DNA of 64,000 nt from Naegleria gruberi. Lineage: Eukaryota. A program made the position numbers and the translations under genes. The stretch lies in NCBI GenBank assembly GCA_000004985.1, contig GG738848.1. One strand, written 5' to 3'. This document shows positions 58,316 to 64,000 of this stretch, piece by piece (position 1 is the first letter of the stretch; every line of letters begins with the position of its first letter). The notes under the pieces were generated by a model. The model saw only the letters and a list, made by a program, of their open reading frames with translations. It had not been told where the DNA came from and made no database searches.

Positions 58316-59776
58316 TTATTCAGAATTATTCTCACTATCATCTCTGATATCATACTTAGTTGGCTGTTCAATGTTTGGATAAAGTGCAGCAATTTTCTTG
58401 TTTAATTTTGGATTATCCTCGAGCCAATCAAAACGTTTCAAGTTGGGAGCAACAATTTTCAAAGATTGAGCTAATTTGTCCATTTGTTCTTCATTTTCAA
58501 ATTCATACGAGTTACCAATTCCAACAAATTCCAATCTTTCATTTGAATTTCCGCCAAAATACAAATCTTCATGTTGCGCTGTAACACCAACATAGATATT
58601 GTTTCGTCCAACATTGAAATATCTCAAATTGGGGAAATTTCCAAGTTTTTGAAGGCAAGATCCTGAAATTTCACACGCAGCTGGAATATCTATATATTCC
58701 AAATTTGGTAGTTTCTCTAAAAAATTGATTATTCCACTATCTGAAATAGATGCTTCAAAAGATGAACCAGAATCTGAACATTTCAAAGAAAATTTCTTCA
58801 ATTTTGGACAAGTTTCTGCCAAAACCTCTAAATGTCTATCAGTGAAATCATCTTCATAAATAAAATGAAATTCTTCCAAGTTGGGACAAAGTAAAAGAAA
58901 GCTCAATAAGTAATCTGCATAGTCATAATCTAAAACAAGACTAATACTTTTCAAATTGTTTAGAATTGGAACTTTGGCAATCTTTTCATCAAAACTTTCG
59001 CCCTTTTCAATTTCAAGCGTTTTTTGATGCATGTCATTAACATGATAATTTTGTGGAATTTCCAAACTTTGTAAATCTCTAAAATTCGTCAATATTTTCA
59101 ACATTGATTTTGGATTTAAACACCAATGAAGCACAATGCTTTTCACATTGAAACCATTTGCTGGACCACTGAGAGAAATTCTCTCTTTCTTCACATTGGA
59201 AAGAGATTTAAAATCTTTAAATGAAACTCTATTCGAAAATTCGATTGGAATACTTTCTATTTCAATGGGTGTGAGTTTTCCATCAGAATTTAACATTCTT
59301 GTATTGGTAATTTTGAATAGCGTTTCCCAATCTTCAGTTGAATCGATCAAATCAGATAATTCACCCAAAGAAACATTATTAGAAATACAATATTCCTTCA
59401 CTTGTTCAGAATTTTCCGAATTTAACACCAATTTGTTTTTTTGTCTATTAATTTAACATCCAGTCAAGCAAATGTAAACAGTGTTAATCCATTGTATATC
59501 CATTGATTGAACTTACTTGAGAGCATTCACCAAAGAGAAAGGTTTCGTTTTAGTTTCAATAAAATGTTTACAAACAACTTCCTTCACATAACTAATCATC
59601 CAATCAAAATTTTGCTTGGAAGTCAAAGCCCACATTAAAATACTTTCCGTTGGTAAATATTCAATAATAACAGACCATTCATCCATTGAAAGATTAGTGT
59701 TGAAAGTTGATGGTAAAGTTTTGACTTTTTTCGCTGAGTGAAAGCTTTCGTCCAGTTTATCTTGTGATCTTTTCAT
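58316..59776 (-). CDS. F-box/LRR-repeat protein. Exons on the complement: 59776..59517 and 59444..58316
   Basis: Exon 1 carries the F-box WSVIIEYLPTESILMWALTSKQ. A phase-2 GTAAGT donor and 72-nt intron with a TAATAG acceptor follow. Exon 2 has Cys-containing LRRs (CPKLKKFSLKCSD..., LPNLEYIDIPAACEISGSCLQKLGNFPNLRYFNV). Confidence 0.7.
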
Positions 59777-60016
59777 TTTTTTTAAATATCAAATCCTTGT
59801 TTACGTGGAAATTAGTAAAACATTGTTTTTTTCGTTTGTGAAAGTTGGAAGATTATAATAGCGCACAACACACTATGGTTTTTGTAAAGTTTAAAAGGCC
59901 AATTTTGGAACACCTCAGTCCCTTCTTCAAAAAGTTGTAAATCTTTCCCCCTTTGATTGAGTTGATTTGTTAACAATGAAAATCCAAAAAAAAATACTCC
60001 AACATTTGTTTTTAAC

Positions 60017-61231
60017 ATGGGTCAATCACAGAAACCAATAGCAGCTCCACAATCTGCAGAAACCACCCATCACCACAACTCCAAGGATCCTCCTAAATAT
60101 TCATTGTGCACTCGGAAAGAACATGAAAATTTCATCAAATTAATTGCAATTAAATCTTCCACTACTACCACCATAGAAAACAATTCCTTCAAGTTAAATG
60201 ATGAAGAAAATTCGCAATTTTACCTCCGAACAGTGCTGATCAGAGAGGAAAATAAATCGTGGTTGGAGAGGGAGCTACCCATTGAAATAATATTCGAAAT
60301 ATTGAGATATTTGCTACCTGATGATTTGATAATCTTGTCGGGAGTGAGTTGGAATTTCAGAGAGGTGTGGACAGAGCATCCATTCTTGTGGTTCTCTCCA
60401 TTGGAAAGTGGTGAGAATTATGGGAAATCACTCATGTCCAGAAAGTTAGTGGAAGATTTCATCAATAATTCAAATAATCTTGTTGCAAATTGGAAACAAA
60501 TATATCTTCAGATTGGAAATGTAATGATGTATCCGAAAAGTTTCTCAAATTTTGCAGATCAATGTGTCTATGGAAGAATCTATGGAGAATATAACACCAT
60601 TCAAAAAATTGGATTTATTGGAATGAAAGGATGTGGAAAATCAACTTTTTGTAAATTACTGGCCACTAACAAGTTGGATTTGCAAATGAAATCGACAATT
60701 GGTTGTGATTTTTACATTCAATATTTGAATCTGGACTTGGAGGAGAATAATCAACTTATCAAGTATTGCTTCAAGCTCGAAATTTGGGATGTAAGCGAAA
60801 TGTTCAGATCAGTTTACAGAGGTTTGCATGTAATATATTTTTGTTTTGATCTTTCGAATGAGGAGAGCTTATATCATATGATAAACATGTTCAAGGATTG
60901 CTGTACCAATGATTTGTACATTAATGACCTATCCAATCTTGAGAATGAATTGGATACAGATATTGTATTTCTAGGACTGAAGAAGGATAGCAAAACAATA
61001 TCGAATCATACCATTAACAATTGTATATATCCTTTCATTGACAGGAATGTGCCTTATCATCAAAGACGAGTTTCATATTTTGAGGTTAGTGCCAAAGAAC
61101 AGGATAGGACAACTTTCTATCCAGTATCTCACATTGGATTTTTACCATCAAAGAGAGAACATTGTTTCCCACTCACTCCACTCACAAAGGATAATGAAGA
61201 AAGATTTAGGAATTATGGAGCTTTGGATTAG
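60017..61231 (+). CDS. F-box domain plus Rab-like small-GTPase-like domain protein (possibly catalytically divergent)
   Basis: F-box LPIEIIFEILRYLLPDDLIILSGVSWNFREVW. G1 P-loop GMKGCGKST. Rab-like switch I TIGCDF. The G3 position reads WDVSE, lacking the Gly of DxxG. The NKxD motif is degenerate. Confidence 0.55.
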   Translation: MGQSQKPIAAPQSAETTHHHNSKDPPKYSLCTRKEHENFIKLIAIKSSTTTTIENNSFKLNDEENSQFYLRTVLIREENKSWLERELPIEIIFEILRYLLPDDLIILSGVSWNFREVWTEHPFLWFSPLESGENYGKSLMSRKLVEDFINNSNNLVANWKQIYLQIGNVMMYPKSFSNFADQCVYGRIYGEYNTIQKIGFIGMKGCGKSTFCKLLATNKLDLQMKSTIGCDFYIQYLNLDLEENNQLIKYCFKLEIWDVSEMFRSVYRGLHVIYFCFDLSNEESLYHMINMFKDCCTNDLYINDLSNLENELDTDIVFLGLKKDSKTISNHTINNCIYPFIDRNVPYHQRRVSYFEVSAKEQDRTTFYPVSHIGFLPSKREHCFPLTPLTKDNEERFRNYGALD

Positions 61232-61975
61232 TTCCAAATATTTGGAAAATTTAAATATCCTATGGAATTCTATCAGACTATTCCAGAAATTTTGGCACAA
61301 GGAAAAGAGCTATCAGACAAAGAAATAACATCAATTTAATTTTTATTTAATTATTGATGTATCTTAAAGAATTTTCCTTGAAATTTACAATTGGTGGAAA
61401 ACTCATTCGTATATTTGATGATAAAAAGCTGTGATGAAGTGAAAGATCCACAACTCTATAGACAGTTGTAGGTAGATAAAATTTTGTCCCCAAAAATTTT
61501 TTGGCCAAGTCGAAACTCCAGCCATTTTTCGCTTGCGATTTTAAAAAATGTTACAAGTCGAGAATAAACCGTTACATTAGTTGGCGCCACGAAAGAAGAC
61601 GTTACACTTCATCAAAATAAACTTTAGTTTCATCAAACAAAAAAAACCAAACTACTTCAACAATGAAGTACCTCTCTTCACTTTTTGGTTGTTTTCCAAC
61701 ACAGGATTTCACTATTGGTGCAACAACAACATCTTGAGAAATAACATTGTCCTCCAACAATTTTCTTCATGTCCCGTTTTGTTGTCCCCAAGCCAAGCCT
61801 TTTAGACTTGTAAAAATTTTTGGTCAGAGCAACAAATGTCCATTACCTACAACTGTCTACAACTCTATGGAAGTGTTTGCATTTGTGTTTGATTGTGGTA
61901 GAACATTCAGTCAACATGATTCAATCATTCTTGATACATTTCTCTTTTGAGGTTCAAATTTCCAATTTTGAATAT

Positions 61976-62521
61976 TTACATAATAGCACATGTTTTTCTT
62001 TGCTTTTTCTTTTCTTGTTTTGGTTCTGGTTTAGTTTTTCTAATTTCTCTAATTAATGTTCCAAATGCTTCATCCACATTCAATCTCTGTCTTGCTGAAG
62101 ATTCCAATAGTGGAATACCAAGCTCTTTGGCATACATTTTGGCCTTCTCCACTTTTACTGACCTTTCGGATTCCAAATCACATTTGTTTCCAACTAATAC
62201 CATTGGACACTTTTCACAATCTTTCACTCTGAGAATTTGTTCGTAGAATTCGTGAATTTCCTCAAACGACATTTTATCAATGATAGAATAAACCATGAGG
62301 AAACCATCTGCAGATCTCATATATTGATCTCTCAATGCTTGTATNNNNNNNNNNNNNNNNNNNNNNNNNNNNNNNNNNNNNNNNNNNNNNNNNNNNNNNN
62401 NNNNNNNNNNNNNNNNNNNNNNNNNNNNNNNNNNNNNNNNNNNNNNNNNNNNNNNNNNNNNNNNNNNNNNNNNNNNNNNNNNNNNNNNNNNNNNNNNNNN
62501 NNNNNNNNNNNNNNNNNACAT
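61976..62521 (-). CDS. Ras/Rap-like small GTPase, CAAX-terminated (CAIM). The N-terminal ~58 codons fall in the assembly gap
   Basis: ATG at ~62521 precedes the N-run. After the gap the sequence reads ...LRDQYMRSADGFLMVYSI, then G4 LVGNKCDL, then ESSAR, a polybasic tail and CAIM. Confidence 0.7.
   Translation of the reverse strand: MXXXXXXXXXXXXXXXXXXXXXXXXXXXXXXXXXXXXXXXXXXXXXXXXXXXXXXXXXXIQALRDQYMRSADGFLMVYSIIDKMSFEEIHEFYEQILRVKDCEKCPMVLVGNKCDLESERSVKVEKAKMYAKELGIPLLESSARQRLNVDEAFGTLIREIRKTKPEPKQEKKKQRKTCAIM
62345..62517. other. Assembly gap (173 N)
   Basis: Run of n characters in the sequence. Confidence 0.98.
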
Positions 62522-62987
62522 TTTTTTTGTATTGTTGTTTCGAATAAATTTTGCCTAGTTCCGCACTTAAATAGGTACAAGGAACTTGGAAGTGAGTTGC
62601 TACCATGTTCAGATAGTTCTTAAACAATAAGAGAAATTTGTTCAACAGTTCTTTTGTTATTATTCAGAGTTCCCGAACCAAGACCCTAATATATTTTCCA
62701 ATGACAACTAGCACATTCATATTATTGTCAGTGGTGGAATCTAACAAACGAATGAGAATGTGAACAACTCTGAAATGATTCGTTCAACACTACAATCTAT
62801 TCGCACCCAAAGCAAGGATTAGGAAACGATTCTTTTTGACTTGCTTTTCTCGTCGCACATGTTTTTTGTTTCACACTAATTTTTTGTTTTAGCTTATTTC
62901 TTGCTTTAGTATCTTTCTGGGGTGTGTAGTTTGTAGTGCAATTGAAAATCAATAAATTAACAATTAATTACAACTCAATTTATCCAA

Positions 62988-63503
62988 TTAAAGCAAATCA
63001 GGACACTTTTCCTTCAAACATTTAACCGAAGTAACAGCTCCAACAATATAATTAATCACCAAAAACACCCAAAATACCAAACTCAATGAAGGATTCAAAA
63101 AAGACATCATACTCTTATCAGCCATTAAAGATAACAATTGTACATAAATAACAGTTAAGGAATATTGATGAGCCCATCCAATCAAGTGAGAGAAGACAAC
63201 AGCCAAAACTCCGAATACTGAAGCCAAACAATGGAAATATTGCAATTGTTTTTGTCTCTTCTCATTGATACATTTAGGTGAGGCAAATACAAGAATTCCA
63301 ATCATTCCGACCACCATCAGTAAGCAATCAGGGAAGATGAGAAATAAATCGGAAATTGCATACGATCTAACATTTTGATAACTAGAATCGCTATATCTAA
63401 TAAACCATGCGACCATCATTGCAATATGAGCAGTCAAATAAATTAAACTCATCAGGATGAGACAAACATTGGAGGTGAGTAAGAGTCCACGCATTAACCC
63501 CAT
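62988..63503 (-). CDS. Hypothetical four-TM membrane protein (171 aa)
   Basis: ORF with four hydrophobic helices. No motif recognised. Confidence 0.35.
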   Translation of the reverse strand: MGLMRGLLLTSNVCLILMSLIYLTAHIAMMVAWFIRYSDSSYQNVRSYAISDLFLIFPDCLLMVVGMIGILVFASPKCINEKRQKQLQYFHCLASVFGVLAVVFSHLIGWAHQYSLTVIYVQLLSLMADKSMMSFLNPSLSLVFWVFLVINYIVGAVTSVKCLKEKCPDLL

Positions 63504-64000
63504 TTTTTCCTTTCCCTTAATAATGAAGATATGATGATGAAGATATCTGGCGACTTTTTTAATAAAAATAAATTAAAATTTGTTGATGATGATCATCTTC
63601 CAAGGAAAATTGTGATCTTTTAATTGTGTTGGAGGTTGAACAAGGAAGAAGCATTCATTTTCCTATTTAGAAGCAAGGATAATTTCCTCACATAAGATGA
63701 TTTTCGAATATGATGTATGTGAAATTAATCTTAATGTATTAAGGGAACGAAAGAAATCTACACCATTTCAAATAGATCACCCAATACAGCCATTTCTATT
63801 GAATTGTATCTGTATTTTCCAACACACCAATTCCTTATTGTGAGATTTGAATTTCCCTATCAAAAAAATAGGAAAAAAAACGGCAGAATTGTTCATTGCG
63901 AAGATTGTGAGCCTTATTGAATTATCTTCTTAATCACAATACCTATTTTAATATATTACATTTTACATCAATTGGATTATTAGAAAAGCAACATCATGTT

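Noticed and set aside
62237-62645. ORFs consisting mostly of X running through 62345-62517.
   Set aside because: They are artefacts of translating the N gap.
1-64000. CRISPR arrays, operon-like co-directional short-spacer gene strings, Shine-Dalgarno contexts, rRNA genes.
   Set aside because: None are present. Spliceosomal introns, a eukaryotic initiator tRNA and mitochondrial presequences show this is nuclear eukaryotic DNA.

Overview
This is an AT-rich (~68-70% AT), gene-dense eukaryotic nuclear contig using the standard genetic code. About 35 protein-coding genes sit on both strands, with GT-AG introns (GTAAGT/GTATGT donors, 38-440 bp, many 40-60 bp) and an A7-10 run immediately 5' of most ATG starts. 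A 173-nt run of N (62345-62517) marks it as a draft assembly. Housekeeping genes include a eukaryotic initiator tRNA-Met, glutamine synthetase II, the E2 dihydrolipoamide succinyltransferase of 2-oxoglutarate dehydrogenase, methylmalonate-semialdehyde dehydrogenase, a cytochrome P450, a PQ-loop transporter and an IFRD homologue. The window is dominated by signalling and defence-like genes. Two large paralogous genes encode polytopic membrane proteins ending in a PAS domain plus a class III cyclase domain. Both carry Lys/Asp specificity residues, so they are predicted adenylyl cyclases. They lie at 14293-19668 and 34974-40242 on the minus strand, with different intron structures; copy A has 22-nt and 31-nt micro-exons. 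Between them is a gene with an RGS domain, a START-like middle region and a clear C-terminal BLUF flavin photoreceptor domain, an architecture I have not seen described. Also present are a P-loop STAND NTPase with a long TPR array, a ~1700-aa DExH (DDX60/Ski2-like) helicase, an atypical protein kinase-like gene with an apparent frameshift, two F-box genes (one with LRRs, one with a Rab-like domain), BTB/POZ proteins, a putative DH-PH RhoGEF, an EF-hand protein and a Ras-like GTPase cut by the assembly gap. An apparently intact Harbinger/PIF DNA transposon (47518-49701) has 17-bp perfect TIRs, an AAT target-site duplication, a DDE_Tnp_4 transposase and a divergently transcribed Myb/SANT-like partner gene. 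A chimeric ~270-bp duplicated segment, a GC-rich hairpin-containing island that could be a small ncRNA, and recurrent (GAT)n/(ATC)n tracts are also noted. Eukaryotic BLUF domains, numerous PAS-cyclases and short introns together suggest a protist such as a heterolobosean amoeboflagellate, but that is speculative.
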